A stretch of DNA of 64,000 nucleotides from the NCBI GenBank assembly GCA_964619725.1, contig CAZUFC010000010.1, positions 55,468 through 119,467 on the forward strand. Direction: 5' to 3'. Made by a program: the position numbers and the translations under genes. This stretch comes from an uncultured bacterium. GTDB lineage: Bacteria > CSSED10-310 > CAZUFC01. Below, piece after piece: positions 37,901 through 47,733 of this stretch. The notes beneath the pieces were generated by a model that was not told the DNA's origin, did no database searches, and saw only the letters and a list, made by a program, of their open reading frames with translations. Position 1 is the stretch's first letter. Each line of letters begins with the position of its first letter.

Positions 37901-40900
37901 TCGTTAAATCGCAGACGACAACCATCAGGTTATTGTCCGCAGTATAGGTGAATGGAACGGCCATATTGAAGTCGATGTATTTCCATCCGATGGAATCGTC
38001 GATTTCAAATACGCCGTCATCAACAACCTGCGTGAATCCTGCGGCCGTAAGGTCGCCCGGTTCCGTCGTGCAGAAATCAGGACATTCGTCCATAGTTTCC
38101 TTGACGTAAACGTCGACAGGCGCTCTGGTAATGGCCCCAGGACTGGAACAGACATACCATCCGATGCTTTCGATATCGAAATCCACCGGCATCATGTCTT
38201 CAGCAGCTATGCAGTATACGGACCTGGTGTGTTCGTAATAGGTGTAGATCGGCACATGATTGTTGGTTACCGTGCATGACGTATCGCCGGCGGTCCAGTG
38301 CTGCGTCGGCTCTACCGTAGGAGCCGCAGTCGGTATTTCCGTCGGTCCTTCCGTAGGTATTTCCGTGGGAATTACAGTCGGGACCTCAGTAGGCGTTCCG
38401 GTCACACAGACGACTTCAAGCGCGTAGTTGCCGTAGGAGTAGGAGTAATAGCCGTCGACCCAGATGTAGTAGGTTCCTGCTGTGAGCATTCCTTCATAGT
38501 TCATGTAACCATAAGTGTTGTGCGTGATGTCGCCGCAACTCGGATCGACATGATCGCCGTAATCATCGGCGCAAACGATTTCGCCTGCCGTGTCGCTGCA
38601 GGTCTCGGCAAGCGTCCAGTCAGCGTCGTAATCGGCCTCGCCTATGATCTGCACGAAAGTATCTTCGAGCAAGGTCAGTTCATAAACCAGGTCGGGTCCG
38701 CCATGTCCCGTACCGCAATCGTGGAAGTTCGTGGCGCCGTCCGTCGTACCTACAACGCATTCGTTGCAGGCAATAATAATCGGATCGTCGCACGTGTCTC
38801 CTGGAACAGGCGTCGCTGTGAATGTCGCCGTCGGCAACGGCGTAGGCGTATAGAGGCAATCGTTGGCGGTTCCCGAACTCGGAGCGCTTTCGCAGAAGTC
38901 GGTCAGGTTGTCGTCCGTATCGTCGCCGTCAGGATATCTGGATAAAGAAATATCCGCCGATACATCAGGAGCAGGATCGCCTTCGCCGGCGAAACATTCG
39001 TCAACATCGAAAAATCCGTAACCGACGGCATCCAGCTCGATCGTTCCAATGCCGGTATAACGCAACACTATATTGTCGGGTCCGTTTTGCCATCCATACT
39101 GCGGTAATGTACCGTCAATCATGTCGTAGTTCGCAACGGAATCATCCTGGGCGATTACGAAGAAACCGTCCGCTGGAATGGTCATACCCGTTAAATCCGT
39201 CGTATGATATTCGTCGCAATCCAGGTTCGATCCGTTTATGCCTACCAATGAGAATCCGTCGAGACTGAGGTTCGGCGGTCCGTACAATTCTACGAAACTG
39301 CCGGCATCATTCGTTCCGGAGGTGTCGTAAAGAACTTCATTGATCTTCACTTCATTGTAGCAGCATACTGAAACGACGTAGGGCCCTGTAGATGTTGAAA
39401 ACGGCCATACGTGAATGTAGAACGGTCCTTCTGCGGGATCAAGATAAACCGGATCGGTCATAGAGTCATACTGTTCCGGATCGTTGCACCATCCGTCGCA
39501 ATCTCCGTAATTGTCTCCGTTGTATGCCAACTGCTCGGTGCAGTCAGGCGCCAGTATTTCGACATAAGGATCAAGCCCCTGTCCGTAAGGCCATTCGCAT
39601 GTAGAATCATCGGCGAAAACGCTTACTGTGACCCAGGTGGGAGCATCCAGCATCAGCATGTAATAATCATCATCGTCCGCAGTTATAACGCCGCACCGCG
39701 ACTCTTCGCATGCGATCATGTTCATTGCTGCATCTGCGCAATCATTATTCGGTTCGATTTCAGGATCGTAAGGACATTCGCCGGTCGGCGTCGACGTCGG
39801 TTCAGGCGTCGCTGTAGGAACTTCTGTCGGTTCAATATATTCGACTATGCAGATATCGTCGATGTACCAGCCGTAATCGGATGTGGAAATGTCGGTCGCA
39901 TGATTGAAAGTGATAGTTATGATTTGTCCCGTGTAAGCACTCAGATCGAACAAAGCTGTTTCCCAATCGGGATCGGCATTGTGAGCGCCCGAATAGCCGC
40001 CGTCAGGTTCGTGGGTGGAGTGAGCGTTGCTGCTGTAGGCCGTTCCGCCCGCCGGCAGTATAGGCGTACCGTCGACCCTGACCTGTCCGCTGTCGTAATT
40101 GGCTTCATAATTGAACCAGTTGGAGAAGGCCAATCCCCAGCTTCCGGTACCCGGCATCTGGACTACTACCGTCAGATCGTCCGTCACATTATTGGTGTAA
40201 TCGCCGTCCAAAACGGTTCCCCAGCAATTGGGGCTGGTGGCGGCTGCCGAGGGTCCGGCAGTGGGAGCGCCCAGTTCCCAGTCGCCTGCGCTTATGAAAG
40301 GTCCGGGCAATCCGTCATCGAAATCCAGGCAGGGAATTTCCACAGGATTCCAGAAAGGAGTTTCCGTCGGAGACGGCGTCGCTGTGGGAACTTCCGTCGG
40401 CGTATAAACCGGCGTGGGTTCTAACCACATGCCTGAAAAATTGGTCGCCGGCCAGAAATCCGCGCAAGCAGCGCCGAATGAACTCCATAAGCTTCCGAAA
40501 TTAAGACATTCGGAAGAAGGCATACTGCTGGAATGATCATAGAAAGAAGCTCCGACACGATTCGTTCCCGACCATTGGACAGTATCCGGCCAGTCGCCGG
40601 TAAAGTCGCAAACGACAACCCACAGGTTGGCTCCAGGCAGATAAGGGAAATTCGTCACATTAAAATCTACGCACTTCCAGCCCGGCGTGCCGTCCAGCAT
40701 AAGAATTCCGTCGTCGATGACCTGCGTCAATCCCAATCCCCTCAAGTCGCCGGGCGCCACATCGCAGAAGTCGGGACAGGGGTCAAGGCTCATGAAAAGA
40801 TAGACGTCTATGATTCGATCCATGGGGAGTGTTTCATTGCACTGATACCAGCAAATGTCCGAAATCTCATAAGCTACCGGCATCAGCTCTTCCGCAGGTA

Positions 40901-42431
40901 TGCAATAAATCGAACGGTTGTATTCCCAGTAAGTATCCACGGGAACGTTATCGGAAGTAACGGTACAAGACCAGTCGCCCGCTATAAAATTGGCCGAAGG
41001 TCCTTCTGTAGGAGTCGCTTCCGGTGTGGGGACATCAGTCGGTTCCTGTGTCGGTTCTTCCGTAGGAACTTGCGTCGGAACGTCCGTCGGCACAGGCGTC
41101 GCCATGCCGCAGGGGTCCGGTGAGGCGTTGTCAATGAAATCTGCGCTGCAGTCGTTGGTATCCATCGACAGAGGATCGCGCATTATCGTATGATCTATCG
41201 ATACGCCGGGATGCGGATTTACTCCGGGATATACGTTCCCTTCATACGTTGCCGCATCTAAAACCGTATAATGCGGATCAAGCAACAGAACCTCATCGCC
41301 GCTGTTGCCTAGAGCAATTGAACCGCTCGACCAATTCGTATCCTTCACCATATCGTCTACTGTTCCGTCAGTATCTTCCATCTCCGCATCAGGATTGCAG
41401 CCGTATAGCGCAAAAAATCCGGTCGCTTTTTGAGCGGCATACAGAACTTCGCCGGGAGGTAATGCCGGCGGATCGTAAAATGAATACGTTCCCTCGGTTC
41501 CTGTCACAGCTTCTTCGTCGCTCAACTTGAAATTGTTTACTGCCAGGGTAACGCTCGTATTGTTGTAGACTCCTATCCATTCTTCGTCAGCATCCGTTCC
41601 AATCGTATCGTAATACACTTCCGATATCAGCAGAGGCGCTTTCACGTCGCCAACGCCCTTCTTCGCCATTTCATACCAGGCTGCATGACGATAATTGATC
41701 ACCCCGTCGCTTACTTCGACCCAGGTGTTCATACCCGCAACTCCGGGCATCGTCGTATAATTCGTCACCGCATCCAGACAATCCGATACGCCGGAAATGT
41801 CTTTCGTTTCATCGCTGGTTTGACTGCGGAATATCCCGACGGTAAAAATCAATCTTTCATTTGGGCCGCCGATCGCCGCCCAGGGAATGCTGATCTCAAT
41901 CACGTCGTTGGCCGCACTTATAATGCTCGTTCCGGTATATACGGGATTGAAAGAAACATCGAACACCACCGGTATCAGATTTGTTGAACCGAATCGCGTC
42001 GACACCAGATATTCCCAGTATGCCCAGTCGTCGACTTCAGTGTCGCAAAAATGAGCCATATACTGCTGACCGTTCTGGTATTCTCCTTGCCGGTCTATCG
42101 CTATCTGAACCTGTACCGCATTATCGCCGGACTCAATCGTCAAATCTGAAAATCTGACCAGAAAATAAATGTTATCAGCGTCCGCCGTCATCCGATACTC
42201 CGTCATTTCAGCGGGGGGACTGATATCCGTTCGCGCATCTGCGGGATCATCCGTCCAGATATACGATCCGTTCATTGATGCGTTACGAGCCACGTGACCC
42301 GTATTGACGGCCGTCGGAGGAGTCATCAGCCAGTCGGACGGATCGCCGTCCACCGTTATGGTGTAACACCAACCCGTCGCCGTCATTAAAACTCCCATTA
42401 AACAAATAAATAACCACTTCTTCTGATTCAT
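34926..42431 (-). CDS. Giant secreted multi-domain surface protein (lamin-tail-like, pre-peptidase-C-like and MAM-like domains, Pro/Thr linkers, IPTL-CTERM-like anchor)
   Basis: Signal peptide; three I[SN]E[VI].YD lamin-tail-like domains; EIEPNND/ELEPNDD PPC-like domains; C-terminal IPAFSGAGITLLVLLFGGLIGFKARKRG. Confidence 0.85.
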   Translation of the reverse strand: MNQKKWLFICLMGVLMTATGWCYTITVDGDPSDWLMTPPTAVNTGHVARNASMNGSYIWTDDPADARTDISPPAEMTEYRMTADADNIYFLVRFSDLTIESGDNAVQVQIAIDRQGEYQNGQQYMAHFCDTEVDDWAYWEYLVSTRFGSTNLIPVVFDVSFNPVYTGTSIISAANDVIEISIPWAAIGGPNERLIFTVGIFRSQTSDETKDISGVSDCLDAVTNYTTMPGVAGMNTWVEVSDGVINYRHAAWYEMAKKGVGDVKAPLLISEVYYDTIGTDADEEWIGVYNNTSVTLAVNNFKLSDEEAVTGTEGTYSFYDPPALPPGEVLYAAQKATGFFALYGCNPDAEMEDTDGTVDDMVKDTNWSSGSIALGNSGDEVLLLDPHYTVLDAATYEGNVYPGVNPHPGVSIDHTIMRDPLSMDTNDCSADFIDNASPDPCGMATPVPTDVPTQVPTEEPTQEPTDVPTPEATPTEGPSANFIAGDWSCTVTSDNVPVDTYWEYNRSIYCIPAEELMPVAYEISDICWYQCNETLPMDRIIDVYLFMSLDPCPDFCDVAPGDLRGLGLTQVIDDGILMLDGTPGWKCVDFNVTNFPYLPGANLWVVVCDFTGDWPDTVQWSGTNRVGASFYDHSSSMPSSECLNFGSLWSSFGAACADFWPATNFSGMWLEPTPVYTPTEVPTATPSPTETPFWNPVEIPCLDFDDGLPGPFISAGDWELGAPTAGPSAAATSPNCWGTVLDGDYTNNVTDDLTVVVQMPGTGSWGLAFSNWFNYEANYDSGQVRVDGTPILPAGGTAYSSNAHSTHEPDGGYSGAHNADPDWETALFDLSAYTGQIITITFNHATDISTSDYGWYIDDICIVEYIEPTEVPTATPEPTSTPTGECPYDPEIEPNNDCADAAMNMIACEESRCGVITADDDDYYMLMLDAPTWVTVSVFADDSTCEWPYGQGLDPYVEILAPDCTEQLAYNGDNYGDCDGWCNDPEQYDSMTDPVYLDPAEGPFYIHVWPFSTSTGPYVVSVCCYNEVKINEVLYDTSGTNDAGSFVELYGPPNLSLDGFSLVGINGSNLDCDEYHTTDLTGMTIPADGFFVIAQDDSVANYDMIDGTLPQYGWQNGPDNIVLRYTGIGTIELDAVGYGFFDVDECFAGEGDPAPDVSADISLSRYPDGDDTDDNLTDFCESAPSSGTANDCLYTPTPLPTATFTATPVPGDTCDDPIIIACNECVVGTTDGATNFHDCGTGHGGPDLVYELTLLEDTFVQIIGEADYDADWTLAETCSDTAGEIVCADDYGDHVDPSCGDITHNTYGYMNYEGMLTAGTYYIWVDGYYSYSYGNYALEVVCVTGTPTEVPTVIPTEIPTEGPTEIPTAAPTVEPTQHWTAGDTSCTVTNNHVPIYTYYEHTRSVYCIAAEDMMPVDFDIESIGWYVCSSPGAITRAPVDVYVKETMDECPDFCTTEPGDLTAAGFTQVVDDGVFEIDDSIGWKYIDFNMAVPFTYTADNNLMVVVCDLTNDYISGGHYWSGTERPGASYSEYSFSAPPSDCLDFSSHWANYQCEDFWPATDFVGTWLEPTPVYTPTEIPTETPVPTPTPYWDPLETACWNFDDGDPGPFQFEGDWALGAPTAGPAAAASSPNCWGTVLDGNYSLSADDDLTVVILVPATGTYALTFSNWFDYESGWDSGQVQINGTAVEPLEGTAYNPNGHYSHEPPGGYSGTHDAAPDWETALFSLSAYAGQAITVTFNHRTDSSNADHGWFIDDICVEEFVEPTATPVPTHVPGDTCDNPLMISCDECVTGTTEGATNFHDCGTGHAGPDVVYELLLTEETFVAFIGEADYDADWTIATSCSETLGDILCVDTEGDHLDPSCGDIVHNSYGYMNYTDTLAAGSYYIWIDSYSLSSLGGNYALEVLCPEGTPTPLPSPTPTGTCPYPFELEPNDDCPEEENTIACGDSMCGEIDGLLDVDYYKLVIDEPMEVTVSVFADYSECEWPYGTGLDSYVSVYDAECALIDYNDDNYGDCEGWCGDPEYWDSMLTLTLDPEDGPFYIAVEAGPWASEGGPYVVRVCCHPGVYINEIYYDADGTDIHTYTELIGPPGASLDGLSLIGLNGSVDCDIYDTIALDGNVIPADGLFVVAQDDGVPNYDMIDTAVNWQNGPDSVQLVMGESVLDAVGYGDFTDLCFAGEGDPVPEPADDVNSLSRYPDGDDTDDNLTDFCESMQTPGESNMCIGTLDCTDAVIAYCGVQIDGDTTGGTSTADQYGCGSGWAETGPEDVYVINLDGTESLLYADLSNMTENLDVFILGSCNNYDCLSGGDRFAYIEEPEAGAYYVVVDGRNASEGAYTLRILCQPALDCSEAVMLTCGSDYSGDTTTADNDVNWYPDCTLFTESGPEVVHTLVTTEALSELAFEMTPETGVDLDMFLLDGCSEFSCVDYSASVGSESIVIEHAPAGAYFIVVDGYDGDAGTYDLTVTCTGYQIPAFSGAGITLLVLLFGGLIGFKARKRG

Positions 42432-42874
42432 CCATACCTCCTTATATTATTATGAATCAAGTGTTGCCTTATCCTCTTCCATTTGCCTGTATCCGAGCTT
42501 CTCTGACCATTGCACAGCGCTTGATTGAATCACAATCCCCTGTGGGGTTACGCGAAGGACAGAAATACGAATACAATGAATTCTATCACCTCCCCCTCTC
42601 CAGACAAAAATCCGAAAATTGTCTTCTTTTTCTCCGCCTGGTTTTTCCTGAAGTCATGTTATTAAAATTTCCGGGAATGTCAAGCTCAATAATTTTCACT
42701 GATCTCCTGATCCCGGAATCTATGAAATTCTGAATCCATTTTTTCCTGAGGATAAAGCCTTGTATCTCTTTCTGTTTTTAAGTTCAACTTTTAAAAGTTA
42801 AGTTTTTGCTGATTTGGAAATCACTTCAAGCCGCCGTTTCAAGCCTTGAGAATGCACTTGCGAAATTTCAATTT

Positions 42875-45800
42875 CTATGGAGGACCGTACCCGAAAACAG
42901 CGGTACCGAATTCTCCCAAAATCTCCGCCATGGATTCATTCAGCAAAGCGCCATAGAAAACCAGTCCGTTCATTTGATCGTTTCCCGTATCCGGCCATAT
43001 GAAATTCAGGATATTTTTTCGAATGGCCTCGACTTCGATGTCGATCGATTCACAGTCGAATTCCGGGGTCCAGGAAGGGTGCCAGAAATACAGGTCGTAA
43101 ACGTCGAGCACGACGGCAAGCCTGATATTCTGATAAGTCGCCGGGCCCGGATTCGTCAGATAGGCATCAAGATTAAAGGTTAATCCCGGATGAAACATTT
43201 CATAACTAAGATCAAGCCGCACGCCCAGAGCATCGATTGGCGTGCAGGTTGGAGCGACAGTGGGAATGTGAGTAGGCGTAAAAAAGACCGTGGGAGTATC
43301 GGTAGGGATTTGAGTAGGGGTCAGGGTAGGCGAAGGAGAAGGCGAGGGGGTGGATGTGGGCGAACAGGTGGGCGAAGCTGAAGGCGTATTTGTAGGAGAA
43401 CAGGTGGGCGTAGGCGTCAGGGAGGCAATTTCAGTGGGAATAACGGACGGCGTGGGCGTGGTGCAGGGAACGGTAATGCTGATCATGATGTCGTCGACGT
43501 ACCATCCGGCATAATCATTGTAGTAATCGTCCTGCGTATCGAAACAGAACCGGAGGATCACATCGTTGCCGGCATATTCGGAAATATCGAATTCAAGCTG
43601 ACTCCAGGAACCCCCGGTGGACCTGTATGAGCCCAGTTCCGTAAACAGCGGCTGCCCGTTCGCTTTTATTTCAATGGTCCCTGTGTCGTAAGAAGAAACG
43701 TTTTCGGTTTCCAGCCAGTGCCACAGAGTGAGCTGAGCGACGTATGTCCCGGTTAGATCAATGAGTCCTGAAGTAAGGCAGCCGAAGTTATGGGTTCCCG
43801 TATCATAGTCGCATGTCGATTCCTGACCGTAATACCAGCTTCTCGATCCGGAGTGGTATTTGGAGCAGGGACTCGCTGGTTCGACAATGTGCCATAACCC
43901 CTCGACGGTCCATTCGCCCTGCCCCTGTTCGGCTCCTTCCGTAAAAAAAGTTACGAGTTGAAGCGTGGTGAACCGGTAGTATTCGCCGCTGTTATCGTCA
44001 ACAGCGGTATTGCCCGCTTCATCAGTCGATTCGATTTGGACGCTGTAACAGGCGCAATCCTCAAGATTCTCCAGGATAATTTCATGTGAAACCTCCAAAC
44101 CTGAAGATTGAGCAGTTTCAGCGGGCGTTCCGATACCGTATTTTACGACGGAATCAGCAGGTTCGTCCGTTGTCCAGGAAACCAGAGCGGATTCTGCCGT
44201 TACATCCGATATCAGAACATCAGATATCGCCGGCGCCAGGCAATCCGTCACAGCGCTTGCCTGTGATGCGAGAGGAAGATAATATGCGGTTACAGTATCC
44301 ATATCAACGACCGACAACACTCCGTCTCCGGTCACAGGAGGAATGTCCTGTATGGGGAAAGAACCTTCATATTTGCCGGGTTCGTTTTCATACATCACGA
44401 CCGTTTCGCCGTCCGGTTCGGTCAGGCTTTCCACCATTACATCCACCGAAGGTCCCGCTTCCTCATCCATCACGCTTATTTCCAGAACGTCGTCGCAATT
44501 GTAAATATCATCGTCCAGGTGCACTCCTTCAACATCGAATATTTCATGCTCCATTACGGCAGCCAGGTTCGGACGCGGACCGATGTATTGATCGGGATCG
44601 GGCGGTTCTACACCCGTTTCCTTAATGACCTCCCTGATCTGCAGAGGCGTCAGGACCTCCCCGTTCGTCAGCGCCTTGTATCGCGATTGAATGGCGACGC
44701 ATACTCCTACCACCATCGGTGAAGCCCCGGAAGTTCCCCCGAAATCCGCTGTATAATAATTGTTTATATTATCGCCGTACAAATCTCCGTATCCAGTCGT
44801 CACGATCTCAGACCCCCAACCGTTCGCATCCATACGGCTTCCGTAATTGGTGAACCACTCCGGCTGCATCTCATAAGGCGTTCCCGCTCCCACTATAATC
44901 GCCAGGGAATCGCGGACGTCACGGTCGAATTTACCCTCGTACACCGGATCATCAAAATCCGTGCTGCCGTTGCCGCCTGCTTCCACGCATATGCGTCCGT
45001 TAGCCGTCGATGCGGCAATGGCATCATAATTAGCCTGCCACCATTCCATGCATACATAATCTCCGATAGGCCCCGGACCGTGAAGCTCTATCAGCCATAC
45101 ATCCCCCTCATCCAGATTCGCCGATGCCATGTTGAACCATGCTGCCACATTATCCGGCCAATCGTCAATATCTATCGCAACTCCTCCTACTTCCGCCAGC
45201 GGCGTTATACCCGTTATACCGTAACCGTTCTCCGATCCCCGTATCTCGCCCATAACAGCCGTTCCATGCGGCTCAGAACCCATCGACGGCGTCCCGCCCG
45301 TGAAAAACGGCTCCGTTAAATCCTCATGGTCCCAGTTCCACGCCAACTCCACATCGATCATCTTTACGTTCTCGCCCTTCGAACCCTCATCCGCATATTC
45401 CCATGATGCATAAGCATCTACTCCTGTCGGCGATGCCTCCAGGTAATCCTGCTGCGGTACGAAATCCGGCGTCAGAATATCCTTACCCCATATCCCGGCA
45501 AGCTCTACATAAGGTTCCGGATACACTAATTCGATTATCGGCAGCCTGTTTAACCTGTTCGCAAGCTCTTCAGCCTCCTCTCGCGAACCGGCCCCGAATG
45601 CATAATATAAATTTAAATCCGCCAGCTCTCGGCCCGTCCGTAACTCTCCCCTTATCTTTTCATTCCATAATTCCGATTCAGGCCTCGAAAATAATCTCGC
45701 TGTCCTCACGTCACCATAATCCCGCATTACCCCACTGAATCCCCTCAGATCTATGCCGTTCGGCGCCGTGAAGCCCGATTCGCCCAACCGCACTCCCGTT

Positions 45801-45970
45801 CCCTCACGAAACTTCACCACCAGCAAATCCCAACGGTCGCAATCACGTATCACGATCCTTTCCGGCTTCTCGAATACCGTTCGCGGAATTAGTTCTCCCG
45901 CTTCCGCCGCTCCGTAAAATAAAATGATAAACAACAGCGATACGCCCATCAATAAAATTCTTTTTTCCAT
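42875..45970 (-). CDS. Secreted subtilase (S8) with FN3-like and MAM-like domains, Pro/Thr linker and shared C-terminal domain
   Basis: Signal peptide; IDVE (catalytic Asp), HGTAVMG, AGGNG, GGTSGASP. Confidence 0.92.
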   Translation of the reverse strand: MEKRILLMGVSLLFIILFYGAAEAGELIPRTVFEKPERIVIRDCDRWDLLVVKFREGTGVRLGESGFTAPNGIDLRGFSGVMRDYGDVRTARLFSRPESELWNEKIRGELRTGRELADLNLYYAFGAGSREEAEELANRLNRLPIIELVYPEPYVELAGIWGKDILTPDFVPQQDYLEASPTGVDAYASWEYADEGSKGENVKMIDVELAWNWDHEDLTEPFFTGGTPSMGSEPHGTAVMGEIRGSENGYGITGITPLAEVGGVAIDIDDWPDNVAAWFNMASANLDEGDVWLIELHGPGPIGDYVCMEWWQANYDAIAASTANGRICVEAGGNGSTDFDDPVYEGKFDRDVRDSLAIIVGAGTPYEMQPEWFTNYGSRMDANGWGSEIVTTGYGDLYGDNINNYYTADFGGTSGASPMVVGVCVAIQSRYKALTNGEVLTPLQIREVIKETGVEPPDPDQYIGPRPNLAAVMEHEIFDVEGVHLDDDIYNCDDVLEISVMDEEAGPSVDVMVESLTEPDGETVVMYENEPGKYEGSFPIQDIPPVTGDGVLSVVDMDTVTAYYLPLASQASAVTDCLAPAISDVLISDVTAESALVSWTTDEPADSVVKYGIGTPAETAQSSGLEVSHEIILENLEDCACYSVQIESTDEAGNTAVDDNSGEYYRFTTLQLVTFFTEGAEQGQGEWTVEGLWHIVEPASPCSKYHSGSRSWYYGQESTCDYDTGTHNFGCLTSGLIDLTGTYVAQLTLWHWLETENVSSYDTGTIEIKANGQPLFTELGSYRSTGGSWSQLEFDISEYAGNDVILRFCFDTQDDYYNDYAGWYVDDIMISITVPCTTPTPSVIPTEIASLTPTPTCSPTNTPSASPTCSPTSTPSPSPSPTLTPTQIPTDTPTVFFTPTHIPTVAPTCTPIDALGVRLDLSYEMFHPGLTFNLDAYLTNPGPATYQNIRLAVVLDVYDLYFWHPSWTPEFDCESIDIEVEAIRKNILNFIWPDTGNDQMNGLVFYGALLNESMAEILGEFGTAVFGYGPP

Positions 45971-46185
45971 TTTTTTAACCCTTTTTTGAAAGTCTTCGAC
46001 TATTGATCGATTTTACCCTTTATTTTTATATTATAATCTAAACGTCAGGTCAAATTCGTCAAAAAAGCGGTGAATATATTTTTTTGTAAAAAAAGTCAAT
46101 ATTATTTGACATGAGTGTTTCTTTGCTAATATAAAATGATTGGGTAGAGGGTTTTTTTCGCTCTGAAGAGGAGTTCTTTTCTGTA

Positions 46186-47733
46186 ATGAATTTACGAAAA
46201 TGTTTATGGTCATGTTTTTGTTTCTTGATTTTTTCTTTGTTTTCGTCTGCAGCCTGGGAGCCGGAGGTTTCGGCCATGCAGATCACCCGATTGACGGAAA
46301 ACGATTATGAGGACACGCTTCCTGAAATCCATCAGAACGGAATAGTATGGCAGGCCTGTCCTGATAATGATTGCACTCCGTTCGGCGGAAATTATGAAGT
46401 GTATTACTGGAACGGTTCGATGACGCAGAAGTTATCGGATAATTCAAATATGGACCGTTATCCCCGGATATACGGGAACCGGGTGGTCTGGCAGTCGAAA
46501 CTGGACGGCACGTTAAAGATTGTATTCTGGCAAGGCGATGAGAAGAAGGAAATCAGCGGCGATTCACTGGGAAATCAGTTGCCGAAGGTCAATGATGACT
46601 GGGTGGTATGGGCCGGATTGGATTCGAATGATTTTGAGATTTATGCGTGGGACGGTCAAGGAATAATCGAAATCACTGATAATGAAGTAGCGGATGTTCA
46701 GCCGGAGGTTTGCGGGGATCGAATCGTCTGGATCAGCGATCGGGGATTCGGGGCGGAGGAGGAAACTCAGGAGATATGTTTGTGGGAAGCGGGGGAAACC
46801 TTGCAGTTGACGGACGATGATCTTGCCGACAGGCATCCGCGAGTGGACGACGAGACGGTAGTGTGGGAAGCGCATGACGGGCATGATTATGAAATAGCGA
46901 TTTACCGTGATGAGGTCATAGAAATAATAACAGATAATAATTACGATGATTCGAATCCTGAGATTCATAACGGCATGATCGTGTGGCAAAGTTTCGACGG
47001 CCAGGATTATGAAATTTTTTTCTGGTACGACGGGACATCCACTCAGCTCACAGATAACAATTTCGACGACATATCGCCCCAGATTTCTGACAGGGCCGTA
47101 GTCTGGCAGGCATGCCCTGACAACGATTGCCTTTTTTTCAGTTCCGGCAACTGGGAAATTTATTACTTTGACGGAGAGCAAAATCACAGGGTTACTTATA
47201 ATGATACGATCGATTACAGCGTAAAAGTATACGGTTCCAATCTATGCTGGATGTCTTACGATGAGGAATCAATGGAAATTTACATGGGCAATCTGGCGAA
47301 TGAGACGCCTTTTCCCACCACTATGACTCCGACGCCTGCGCCGACGCCTTCCCCCCATCAGACGCCCATGCCGGAATCCATCTTCCTGGATTTGCGGTTG
47401 AACAATAATTTTTTCTCTGCCGGAGACCTTTTTCTGCTGGATATCGATATAGTCAATTTTGCGCCGGCTCAAAACATTGACCTGTATGTTTTTCTGGACG
47501 TATACGATAATTACTGGTTCTGGCCCTCCTGGGTCATGTATCCGGCCATGGATACAGAACGCATATTCATTCCCGCTCAGGACGTCCTGCGCCGTTCCGT
47601 CCTTAACTTCATCTGGCCGGAAAATTCCGGCGCCGGAACCGATATCTTCTTCTGGTCCATGGCATCAGCCCCATCAAGCTACGAACTCATCAGCAATATA
47701 GAATCCGAATCCTTCGATTACGGCGGCGATTGA
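46186..47733 (+). CDS. Secreted beta-propeller-repeat protein with Pro/Thr linker and shared C-terminal domain
   Basis: About eight ~38-aa repeats (TDN..D..P.I....VW...DG.D.EI..W.G); signal peptide. Confidence 0.85.
   Translation: MNLRKCLWSCFCFLIFSLFSSAAWEPEVSAMQITRLTENDYEDTLPEIHQNGIVWQACPDNDCTPFGGNYEVYYWNGSMTQKLSDNSNMDRYPRIYGNRVVWQSKLDGTLKIVFWQGDEKKEISGDSLGNQLPKVNDDWVVWAGLDSNDFEIYAWDGQGIIEITDNEVADVQPEVCGDRIVWISDRGFGAEEETQEICLWEAGETLQLTDDDLADRHPRVDDETVVWEAHDGHDYEIAIYRDEVIEIITDNNYDDSNPEIHNGMIVWQSFDGQDYEIFFWYDGTSTQLTDNNFDDISPQISDRAVVWQACPDNDCLFFSSGNWEIYYFDGEQNHRVTYNDTIDYSVKVYGSNLCWMSYDEESMEIYMGNLANETPFPTTMTPTPAPTPSPHQTPMPESIFLDLRLNNNFFSAGDLFLLDIDIVNFAPAQNIDLYVFLDVYDNYWFWPSWVMYPAMDTERIFIPAQDVLRRSVLNFIWPENSGAGTDIFFWSMASAPSSYELISNIESESFDYGGD

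Noticed and set aside
35564-41987. Many + strand ORFs up to 337 aa opposite the 2501-aa gene
   Set aside because: Antisense shadows of a GC-rich coding strand with no protein motifs
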